Virus record (IMG/VR): IMGVR_UViG_3300020062_000003
Span: 1 to 35,829 of that record
Strand: one strand, 5' to 3'
From: a virus
Length of the DNA stretch: 35,829 nt
Positions 7,915-15,528 of this stretch are shown piece after piece. The translations under genes were made by a program, and so were the position numbers. Positions within the stretch are counted from its first letter, which is position 1; every line of letters starts with the position of its first letter. Below the pieces are notes generated by a model that worked only from the letters and a program-made list of their open reading frames with translations, did not search any database and was not told the origin of the DNA.

Positions 7915-8535
7915 CTATTCTCTATTCTTTGCTATATACGATTTAACTGCCGCATAAGACGCAAATGGCAGATCAGCAAAAGACCGTATATTATAATCTT
8001 TAAGTATAGTGGCATAGAGTAATTTCCCATTAGCACATGCTTTTAGTTGTGTATGTAAATACTCAATTTCTTCTTTAACTAGTAAATCTGATTCTGGTTT
8101 ATTCTTTGCAATATACTTCTCTTCACCCTCACCATCATCATCTTCAGTAGCAATGGCACAAAGTGATAAGAGTGCATATTTCTTCATGTATGTATTAGCA
8201 GCACCTTTACCTTGATTACCTGGTTTCTCACTTTCAAGAACACGGCAATCTTCTATAAACTGTCCTGTTGTTGCATGAATCAAACGAGTATGGAGATATT
8301 CTATTCCATCTTCAGGTCGAGCAAAGTGCCATATGATAATATTATTCTTAGACAAAGCACCTTCAACTGCATGATAGATGTCTGCTATCTTTGCGTAGTT
8401 ATACTTCTGATGTGCATTAACTCCACCCAATCCTGTAGCTCTAAACTCATTCTTAGCTAATAAAAATGCTGATGCTAAAGCTCTTATATCTTCCGACATT
8501 GCTGGATTATAATTCTTCGTTGATACGTTTTCCAT
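7915..8535 (-). CDS. erf: ERF-family single-strand annealing protein (206 aa)
   Basis: KYNYAKIADIYHAVEGALSKNNI, H.TTGQ, GAANTYMKKYALLSLCAIATEDDDGEGE match the ERF core (Y.YA..., G.A.TY.rRY.l..l.gI..eDDD). Confidence 0.8.
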   Translation of the reverse strand: MENVSTKNYNPAMSEDIRALASAFLLAKNEFRATGLGGVNAHQKYNYAKIADIYHAVEGALSKNNIIIWHFARPEDGIEYLHTRLIHATTGQFIEDCRVLESEKPGNQGKGAANTYMKKYALLSLCAIATEDDDGEGEEKYIAKNKPESDLLVKEEIEYLHTQLKACANGKLLYATILKDYNIRSFADLPFASYAAVKSYIAKNRE

Positions 8536-8543
8536 AAAATCCT

Positions 8544-8753
8544 TTAGTCTTGTACACTCATATTATTATCTTCCCATTTCAAAACAAATGATCTTAGCTT
8601 TTGCATGGTGATTAACGAACATGTTTCAGGTTTCTTCATAATATTAGTAAATGTAAGCGGATGAATTCTACTCTCATGTGAAAAATCCAACCGGGACATG
8701 ATTCTTTTTATGCGTATTTTTTCAGCTCTTTGTACGTAATCTTTAACATCCAT
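8544..8753 (-). CDS. Cro/CI-type HTH regulator (69 aa), first gene of the leftward operon
   Basis: IRIKRIMSRLDFSHESRIHPLTFTNIMKKPETCSLITMQKL resembles an XRE-type HTH. It lies immediately downstream of the leftward promoter of the divergent switch. AAGGAA RBS. Confidence 0.5.
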   Translation of the reverse strand: MDVKDYVQRAEKIRIKRIMSRLDFSHESRIHPLTFTNIMKKPETCSLITMQKLRSFVLKWEDNNMSVQD

Positions 8754-8788
8754 ATATTTCCTTAATAATTATATCATCTATAGTTTAT

Positions 8789-8816
8789 AGTATATGTTAA
8801 ATATACATAATGTCAA
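8789..8816 (-). promoter_or_regulatory. Leftward sigma70-like promoter: TTGACA (8816-8811), N16, TATACT (8794-8789)
   Basis: Read on the minus strand. Perfect -35, 16-nt spacer, 5/6 -10. About 35 nt upstream of the HTH gene start. Confidence 0.55.
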
Positions 8817-8834
8817 CACACTGCATACTTACAG

Positions 8835-8862
8835 TTGACATAGTTATTAAACAATCTATACT
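8835..8862 (+). promoter_or_regulatory. Rightward sigma70-like promoter: TTGACA (8835-8840), N16, TATACT (8857-8862)
   Basis: Same hexamers and spacing as the leftward promoter. The two -35 boxes are 18 bp apart, back to back. A perfect TATAAT also occurs at 8875-8880. Confidence 0.55.
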
Positions 8863-8888
8863 TATCTTATAACTTATAATTTAAACCT

Positions 8889-8903
8889 GTGACATTTTGT
8901 CAC
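8889..8903. promoter_or_regulatory. 15-bp perfect palindrome GTGACA-ttt-TGTCAC (candidate operator)
   Basis: Read directly. It lies between the rightward promoter and the first rightward ORF. Confidence 0.4.
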
Positions 8904-8917
8904 GACTTGAGACAGGT

Positions 8918-9190
8918 ATGCAAAAAGAAATGACAATAAAAGAAATAGCAGCTCTTCTTCAAAAAAGAATCGATACCCGTATGGAATCTTTTATGGAATT
9001 ACATGATAAATTAAAGGCTATAACTATTGAAATTGAGAAATTAGAAAAGAAGATGGCTACAATAGTTATAGAACTGGAACCAGTTCAATCTTTAATCTAT
9101 AATCAAAACCCACAGTTAGAAAAAATATTTGAATCACTCAAACGTATTTATAAAGGAGAAGAGAATGGTATTGATAGAGAAGTTAACTAA
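8918..9190 (+). CDS. Coiled-coil protein (90 aa)
   Basis: ORF track 8897-9190 (TTG start). I prefer ATG 8918 (MQKEMTIKE). Heptad-rich sequence, no family recognised. Confidence 0.45.
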   Translation: MQKEMTIKEIAALLQKRIDTRMESFMELHDKLKAITIEIEKLEKKMATIVIELEPVQSLIYNQNPQLEKIFESLKRIYKGEENGIDREVN

Positions 9191-9482
9191 CGAATTAGAT
9201 GTTGAAATTACTCGTGTATGGCAAGAATATATAGATCTTCATGCTGAACTTGATAGTCATCGTGGCAAACCAATAGATGATACTAATTTAGATGAAATTA
9301 ATAGAATTCTAAAGGATATTCAGGAGAAGTTTGGTTTGCTATATCCAGCGTATCATTTCATAGCAACACGGCATCAATATGTTTCAAATGCTGTGACTGC
9401 TTATAATGAATTTATTGAAACTATTAAAAAATCTGGCGCTAAGCAAGATGAATCTGGTCCTTCAAAAATAATCACAGGTTAA
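9165..9482 (+). CDS. Hypothetical protein (105 aa)
   Basis: ORF track 9129-9482. Start moved to MVLIEKL (ATG 9165), which follows AAAGGAG. Confidence 0.45.
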   Translation: MVLIEKLTNELDVEITRVWQEYIDLHAELDSHRGKPIDDTNLDEINRILKDIQEKFGLLYPAYHFIATRHQYVSNAVTAYNEFIETIKKSGAKQDESGPSKIITG

Positions 9483-9483
9483 T

Positions 9484-10161
9484 ATGGAACAGAATAATAT
9501 TTACCGTTCAACTGACATTAATGAAATCATGGGTGCTTTGAGTAAAGCTCAGGGAAATTATAAACAACTCAAAGCAAACCAGGATGCCCCAGGAGGAAAG
9601 TTTGCTAACCTTCAAGCAATATTGGATGCCGTGAGAGAATCGTTGGCTAAAAATGGTTTAGGGTTCTTTCAGTTCATTGAATTATTAGATGAAGGTTCGG
9701 GTGCTGCACTCCTAAAAACAACTATAGGTCATGAGTCAGGTCAGTATATATCTTCATGTGCCCGGGTGGTCACTGGTAAAACTGAGCGTCAGACGGGTAA
9801 CATCTATGAGATTCATAAGCGCTTGCATGCTTTGATGTTGTTGGGTATTGCACCATCAGACAACGATCCTATTGCGTTTGATGACAATGGTGAAATAATA
9901 GCAGAACAACATCTCGTGGCTAGCTTAAGAAAGCCAGACTCTCCTAAGAAAGAAGAGATTGATCGCACTGATGTTATTAATAAGCATCAATATGATGAAC
10001 TACTTATTGAGCTTGAGGGGTTTGAGAAAATAGCTAAAGATATTATGGAAGTCTATGACATTCATACATTGGCAGATCTTCCTTCGTCTGAGTATCATAG
10101 AGCACGGGCTAAGATATTGAAAATCAAAAGGACACAAGAAGATTATTTAAGAAAAAAATAA
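9484..10161 (+). CDS. Second, diverged ERF-like protein (225 aa)
   Basis: Aligns by eye with the 206-aa ERF along its full length: GKFANLQAILDAVRESLAKNGL vs KYNYAKIADIYHAVEGALSKNNI; GHESGQYI vs ATTGQFI; ALMLLGIAPSDND vs ALLSLCAIATEDDD; C-terminal YDIHTLADLPSSEY vs YNIRSFADLPFASY. Confidence 0.6.
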   Translation: MEQNNIYRSTDINEIMGALSKAQGNYKQLKANQDAPGGKFANLQAILDAVRESLAKNGLGFFQFIELLDEGSGAALLKTTIGHESGQYISSCARVVTGKTERQTGNIYEIHKRLHALMLLGIAPSDNDPIAFDDNGEIIAEQHLVASLRKPDSPKKEEIDRTDVINKHQYDELLIELEGFEKIAKDIMEVYDIHTLADLPSSEYHRARAKILKIKRTQEDYLRKK

Positions 10162-10397
10162 TGAAACTAGAAAATATGCTTGTTAGATTCAGTAAGCCTT
10201 GCAAATATGATCAATCATCGTATGGAACAGTTTGTAAAACAATAAAAACGATGAGTGATACGTTTGAAATTTACATTCAAATGAGTAAAGATGAATGTTA
10301 TCCTTGCTGGGAAAAAGTGGGAATATTTTCTGAAAAAACAGAACATTTAATATCTGAAGAAGTGAATAGAATATTAAATATAAAACAAGTTTCTTAG
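10161..10397 (+). CDS. Hypothetical protein (78 aa)
   Basis: ORF track. TAATG overlap with the preceding stop. Last gene before the rightward terminator. Confidence 0.45.
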   Translation: MKLENMLVRFSKPCKYDQSSYGTVCKTIKTMSDTFEIYIQMSKDECYPCWEKVGIFSEKTEHLISEEVNRILNIKQVS

Positions 10398-10435
10398 AGC
10401 ACTGTACTTACGAGAAGGAAACTTCTTATAAGTGT

Positions 10436-10474
10436 CTCCCATGGTGAAGGTTAGTCTCCATGGGAGGCTTTTTG
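10436..10474 (+). terminator. Rho-independent terminator of the rightward block
   Basis: ctcccatgg (10436-10444) / ccatgggag (10458-10466), followed by gcttttt. Confidence 0.7.
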
Positions 10475-10505
10475 TGTAAATAGATATATTATACCATCTA
10501 GTCAA

Positions 10506-10548
10506 TTAAAAAACAGATCCCATAGTTAGTTTGGATAACTATAGGATC
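10506..10548 (-). terminator. Rho-independent terminator of the leftward structural block
   Basis: gatcccatagtt (10516-10527) / aactataggatc (10537-10548), 11/12 paired. On the minus strand it is followed by tgttttttaatt (A-run 10508-10513 on plus). Confidence 0.65.
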
Positions 10549-10571
10549 GATGAGCAGGAGGACTGAAAAGT

Positions 10572-10895
10572 TTAAACTTCTAACGTTTCTTCAAAAACTA
10601 ATGGCTCTTGAGGTAAATCTCTTGTAGCTCTATCTTGATAATTAGGTTGAGAGAAAACTAGTTTAGCATATTCATCAGGATCAGTTGGAATCATTTTAAC
10701 ACCATTTATTGCTAACTTTGAATCCCATTCATCTTTTAAACGCTTAAAGCATTGTTCATATTTATGCGTTAATACCCATTCAAGACGACGATTCATATCT
10801 TCATCAAATATATCTGCAGATACATCATTTTTAATAACTTGTTCTTGTGTATCTGAAAGAGTAAATATTTCTTTATCGTTTACTAATATTTTCAT
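10572..10895 (-). CDS. Hypothetical acidic protein (107 aa) downstream of the giant fibre; possible fibre assembly factor
   Basis: ORF track, AAGGA RBS. The functional suggestion rests on position only. Confidence 0.45.
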   Translation of the reverse strand: MKILVNDKEIFTLSDTQEQVIKNDVSADIFDEDMNRRLEWVLTHKYEQCFKRLKDEWDSKLAINGVKMIPTDPDEYAKLVFSQPNYQDRATRDLPQEPLVFEETLEV

Positions 10896-10914
10896 TTTTA
10901 TTCCTTTAAATTTT

Positions 10915-13900
10915 TTAAGATACTAAAGAACCACCAAAAAAGTTAACTATACCGGTAGTAGAAGGGGCAAATGGTCCCGTGGTAGTTCCATCAACCTGAA
11001 CATTTGCGGTCGCTGGCAATGATCCTGATTTTACTGTTACAAAAGCAGTATCACCTGCAGTCATATTAGTATAAATATCACTTCCTGTTTGACTATATTT
11101 TAAAGAAAAACCTGATATACCACTTGTAACTGGCGTATTTACAATTCTTGAAAATATTTTAGTGCTTGTAGTAAGTGTTACATAGGATGGATTTTGACTA
11201 CTACCATTAAAAAAAGTACCTTCACAAAACACGCCAAAAGCGAAATTGTATAATCCTGTAATAGGAGCAGTAAATACTGAAGTTCCAAGATTAAAATCTC
11301 CACCTAAATCAAATGGTTTAGTATCATAAATAATTTGATAAATAGTACCATCGCCCGTCGCACCGAAAACTGTAGTATTTAAATATGCAAAAAATGATGA
11401 TATACTGCCACCGCCACCACCACCACCTGTTCCAACTGTACCAAGCTGACCAACTGAATTCACAAAAACAGGTATACCATCGTTAATAGTTGGTGTTACA
11501 CCACGAATGCCGTGTATGAATGATTTATTAAGCTGACCATTTCCCGTACCCGTCCCAGAACCAATTCTAAGACTATTTGAGTTTCCTGTCGTTCCAGTAA
11601 CAGTGGCGCCAATAATTATATTATCGCTCTCACTTGATGTGAAGTTGTTACCTGAAGTTGTTCCAACAATCACATTGCGTTGACCAGTAGTCAATCCTGT
11701 TCCAGAACCTCTACCAACAATATTATTAGATATACCTGTTGTAAGAGCTGATGCGGATAATGATCCAACTACAACATTAGAAGATCCTGTCGTCATATTT
11801 GGTGCTGCAGATGTTCCATATATAGCATTAGCAGCCCCTGTAGTAATAGAATTAGCTGCAGACACTCCATATATAACATTAGAACCTCCTGTAGTAAACG
11901 CTGTCGCTGCATTTGCTCCATAAACAGAGTTATTGGATCCTGATAATGTTAAATTGCCAGCGTTCAAGCCCATAATAGTATTGTTACTACCGTCAGTTAC
12001 ATTGAATAGCACTATATTAGCAGAACCAGAAAATGATACTGTCGAACCGGCATGCTTTGTTGATTTGCTAGCTAAAATATTAATTATACCAGCAGAAGGT
12101 ATTGCGGTACCAGAATCAGTCGTAAATGATGAAGCAGATGAAAAACCACCAGCTGTTCCAAGTTGTCCACTTGAATCAATGAATACAGGAATAGCATCTG
12201 CAACGCCTGTTGTTATTCCACGTATACCAGCAACAAATGCTTTATTAAGCTGACCATTACCAGTACCTGTTGATAAACCAATTCTAAGAACATTTGATTC
12301 ACCAGTTACGCCGGTAACTGAATTTCCAATAACTATATTACGGCTTTCACTGGATGTGTAATTATTTCCTGTAACAGCTCCAAGAATAGTATTACGTTGA
12401 CCTGTAGTTAATGCAGCTCCTGATCCTCCACCCAAAATAGTATTTAATGTTCCTGTTGAAAGAACTCCTGCAGAAACTGATCCAAATATGGTATTAGATC
12501 CTCCAGTTGTAATAACTGGTGCAGATGTTGCTCCAAATACAGTATTAAATGTTCCTGATGACGCTGTATTACCAGCATTCAAACCCATGATAGTATTATT
12601 ACTAGCATCAGTTACATTGAACAATATTGTATTACCAGAAGTAGAAAATGATACCGTTGAACCGGCATGTTTTGCTGCTGTATTTGCTATTATATTAATT
12701 ATACCATTAGTAGGTGTAGCACCAGATCCTGTATCACCATCAAATGCTTCAGCAAGTTCAACACCTTCTGTAGTAAGTTGTCCATTCGAACTAATGAATA
12801 CAGGAATAGCATCATCAATATCTGGAATTATATTGAGAATTCCATGAATAAATGCTTTATTAAGTTGTCCATCTGCTAAGCCTGTAGATAATCCAATTCT
12901 TAAAGTATTCGAATCTCCTACAACACCTGGAGTTAAATTACCAATAATTATATTACTACTCTCGGTAGTAGTATAAGAATTTCCTGTAGTGGATCCTAAG
13001 AAAATATTATTAGTCCCATCGACTAATAAAGTTGCAGATCCTTGTCCAATAATTGTATTAGCTAATCCAGATGTGAGATTTAATGCTGAAGCAGATCCTA
13101 ATATAGTATTGTCTTCTCCTGTAATAAGATTCGCTGCAACAGATCCTCCAAATATAGAGTTTCCACTTCCAGTAGTAAGATTCAATGCAGATGCTTGTCC
13201 AAATATAGAGTTAATATTTCCCGTTGTAAGAGATATTAAAGAACTTCCTCCCACTACAGTATTATTTGTTCCTGTATATGCTAAATTACCACTATCTTCA
13301 CCAATAATAGTGTTACCATTAGTATCAGTTACATTAAGCAAAACTTCATTACCAGAAGCATCAAATGATACTGTTGCTCCGCAGTGAAGAGCTGCTGTAT
13401 CAGCTATAATTTCAATTACACCACCAGCAGGAGTTGCTGTTCCATCATCACCATCAAATACCGTTGTTCCGCCACCACCGCCTATTACAGATGCAGTGAG
13501 TGTGCTTGTTCCAGGAGATCCTACTATTGTTATAGTAGTGCCATCACCGACAATATTAACATTACCTAATGTTGGCCCAACTGGTCCACCACTATTACCA
13601 GTAACTGTATCAATTGTTGCACCACCAATACCAACTGTTCCAAGTTGACCATTAGAATCTATAAATACAGGAACGCCATTACCAGCTGCTGGAGTTATTC
13701 CACGAATACCTTGAATGAATGTTTTATTAATTTGCCCATTTCCTGCTCCCGTTGATAAACCAATTCTTAATGCATTTGATTCACCCAAAGTTCCAGTGAC
13801 TAAGTTACCAATAATTATATTGTTACTCTCGGTAGATGTGTAAGCATTTCCTGTAACAGATCCAACAATTAAATTACGGTTCCCTGTAGTTATTGAAATT

Positions 13901-15495
13901 CCCGAGCCTTCACCAATGATTGTATTAGCTAGCCCTGTTGTAATAAGTGATGCTGAGAATGATCCAAACACAGAGTTATTAGATCCAGTCGTAAGACCCC
14001 TTAAAGAAGTTGATCCACATACTGTATTAGCTAAAGCTACTCCTGGTGTATATGTTAAATTACCACTATCTGAACCGATAATGGTATTATCATCATCATC
14101 ACTTACGTCCAACGTAATAGTATTACTTGCGCCAGAAAATAAAACTGTTGCTCCTGCATTTAGTGATGCATTGTCAGCAATTATATTAAGAATACCAGCA
14201 GCTTCAGTTGCAGTTCCATCATCAGTAGGAAATGATTGTGCTCCAATTCCACCACCAACCAATGATACTGTCAAAGTACTTGTTCCAGGATTACCAGTTA
14301 CGGTAATAGTAGCTCCATCTCCAATTACATTAATATTACCAGCAGTACCAGAAACAGCACCACCAGTATTACCTGTCAATGTTGTTAGTAAACCACCAGC
14401 TCCAACAGTACCTAATTGACCACTAGAATCAATAAATACTGGAATGCCATCAGCAGCAGCTGGAGTTATTCCACGTATACCATGAATAAATGATGCATTA
14501 AGCTGTCCATTACCAGTACCGGTCGATACACCAATTCTAAGGGTATTTGATTCACCTAAAATGCCCCCTACTTGATTACCAATAACTATATTACTACTCT
14601 CAGCTCCAGTATAATTATTACCAGTAACAGCACCTATGATGACATTGCGTTGTCCGGTAGTTAATGAACTTGCAGAAGTTCCCCCAATAACAACATTAGA
14701 ACTTCCTGTTGTAAGAATTGGCGCAGATGTTGATCCTAATACAGTATTATTTGTTCCAGACAATGTTAGATTGCCACTATTTAGACCAATTATAGTATTA
14801 TCATCAGCATCAGTTACTTCTAATAAAACAGTATTACTAGTGCCAGAAAATAAGACAGATGATCCTGCTTGTAATGCTGCATTATCAGTAATTATATTAA
14901 GTACCCCACCAATGTCATTGGCAGTGCCATCATCGGTAGGAAAAGATGTTGCTCCTCCACCACCACCAATTACTGATGCAGTAAGAGTACTTGTTCCAGG
15001 GTTGCCTGCGATGGTTATTGTGGTCCCATCTCCAACAATATTTATGTTTCCTAGAGTTGGCCCAACTGGTCCACCACTATTACCGGTAACTTCTTGGACG
15101 ACATCACCAGGTCCACCAGTTGAATTGAGTGTTATAGTATTAGTCCCAGGATTGCCATCAAATGAAAACCCTACTATACCTGATACAAGATTTATATTAG
15201 CAAGACCATCAGGAGTAATTGCACCACCGCTATCACCTGTTAATGTGTCTAATGATCCTGAACTACTCTCTAGTTTTTGCCATGTAGCTAATGATCCCTT
15301 TGATACCATATCTCCCGCAAGAGAAACAAGTACCCAAACAGTTTCATTTGCTTCATTAAGCCACATATCTCCTATAGAGACATTTTGAATATCGAAGTCA
15401 TTTGGATCTCTATCGTTAAAGGTCCAGTTTGGTGGTTGATTAGCATTAGTTCCGGTATATGCGGTTCCTTGCTTTCCACCTAATCTATTACTCAT
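10915..15495 (-). CDS. Giant tail fibre (1526 aa): N-terminal anchor, five tandem fibre-shaft modules, C-terminal C1q/TNF-like domain
   Basis: Five copies of a module ending SES.NI.IGN...GESN.LRIG.STG.GNGQLNK.FI.GIRGI...IPVFIDS.GQLGT, with ends near aa 366, 625, 911, 1117 and 1363. AGGAG RBS. See findings. Confidence 0.85.
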   Translation of the reverse strand: MSNRLGGKQGTAYTGTNANQPPNWTFNDRDPNDFDIQNVSIGDMWLNEANETVWVLVSLAGDMVSKGSLATWQKLESSSGSLDTLTGDSGGAITPDGLANINLVSGIVGFSFDGNPGTNTITLNSTGGPGDVVQEVTGNSGGPVGPTLGNINIVGDGTTITIAGNPGTSTLTASVIGGGGGATSFPTDDGTANDIGGVLNIITDNAALQAGSSVLFSGTSNTVLLEVTDADDNTIIGLNSGNLTLSGTNNTVLGSTSAPILTTGSSNVVIGGTSASSLTTGQRNVIIGAVTGNNYTGAESSNIVIGNQVGGILGESNTLRIGVSTGTGNGQLNASFIHGIRGITPAAADGIPVFIDSSGQLGTVGAGGLLTTLTGNTGGAVSGTAGNINVIGDGATITVTGNPGTSTLTVSLVGGGIGAQSFPTDDGTATEAAGILNIIADNASLNAGATVLFSGASNTITLDVSDDDDNTIIGSDSGNLTYTPGVALANTVCGSTSLRGLTTGSNNSVFGSFSASLITTGLANTIIGEGSGISITTGNRNLIVGSVTGNAYTSTESNNIIIGNLVTGTLGESNALRIGLSTGAGNGQINKTFIQGIRGITPAAGNGVPVFIDSNGQLGTVGIGGATIDTVTGNSGGPVGPTLGNVNIVGDGTTITIVGSPGTSTLTASVIGGGGGTTVFDGDDGTATPAGGVIEIIADTAALHCGATVSFDASGNEVLLNVTDTNGNTIIGEDSGNLAYTGTNNTVVGGSSLISLTTGNINSIFGQASALNLTTGSGNSIFGGSVAANLITGEDNTILGSASALNLTSGLANTIIGQGSATLLVDGTNNIFLGSTTGNSYTTTESSNIIIGNLTPGVVGDSNTLRIGLSTGLADGQLNKAFIHGILNIIPDIDDAIPVFISSNGQLTTEGVELAEAFDGDTGSGATPTNGIINIIANTAAKHAGSTVSFSTSGNTILFNVTDASNNTIMGLNAGNTASSGTFNTVFGATSAPVITTGGSNTIFGSVSAGVLSTGTLNTILGGGSGAALTTGQRNTILGAVTGNNYTSSESRNIVIGNSVTGVTGESNVLRIGLSTGTGNGQLNKAFVAGIRGITTGVADAIPVFIDSSGQLGTAGGFSSASSFTTDSGTAIPSAGIINILASKSTKHAGSTVSFSGSANIVLFNVTDGSNNTIMGLNAGNLTLSGSNNSVYGANAATAFTTGGSNVIYGVSAANSITTGAANAIYGTSAAPNMTTGSSNVVVGSLSASALTTGISNNIVGRGSGTGLTTGQRNVIVGTTSGNNFTSSESDNIIIGATVTGTTGNSNSLRIGSGTGTGNGQLNKSFIHGIRGVTPTINDGIPVFVNSVGQLGTVGTGGGGGGGSISSFFAYLNTTVFGATGDGTIYQIIYDTKPFDLGGDFNLGTSVFTAPITGLYNFAFGVFCEGTFFNGSSQNPSYVTLTTSTKIFSRIVNTPVTSGISGFSLKYSQTGSDIYTNMTAGDTAFVTVKSGSLPATANVQVDGTTTGPFAPSTTGIVNFFGGSLVS
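10918..11406 (-). other. C1q/TNF-like globular head domain (aa 1364-1526 of the giant fibre)
   Basis: Y1390-x5-D-x4-F-x6-F-x5-G-x-Y-x-F-x5-C almost reproduces the C1q signature as I recall it: F-x5-[ND]-x4-[FYWL]-x6-F-x5-G-x-Y-x-F-x4-[CV]. Confidence 0.6.
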
Positions 15496-15528
15496 TATTA
15501 CTCTCCTAGTGAGATAAATATAACTATT

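Noticed and set aside
8544-8903. Calling the phage temperate on the basis of the Cro-like HTH and divergent promoters
   Set aside because: No integrase, excisionase, partition system or long CI-type repressor was found in the closed genome. The switch alone does not establish lysogeny.
11933-15388. Several long plus-strand ORFs (e.g. 11933-12253, 12488-12847, 12989-13387, 13916-14419, 14636-15388) with Pro/Val/Leu-rich products inside the giant fibre gene
   Set aside because: They are antisense frames of a Gly/Thr/Asn/Ser-rich repeat gene, and that codon composition automatically leaves the opposite strand open. They have no RBS and low-complexity hydrophobic products. The minus-strand ORF is uninterrupted for 4.6 kb with clear fibre motifs.
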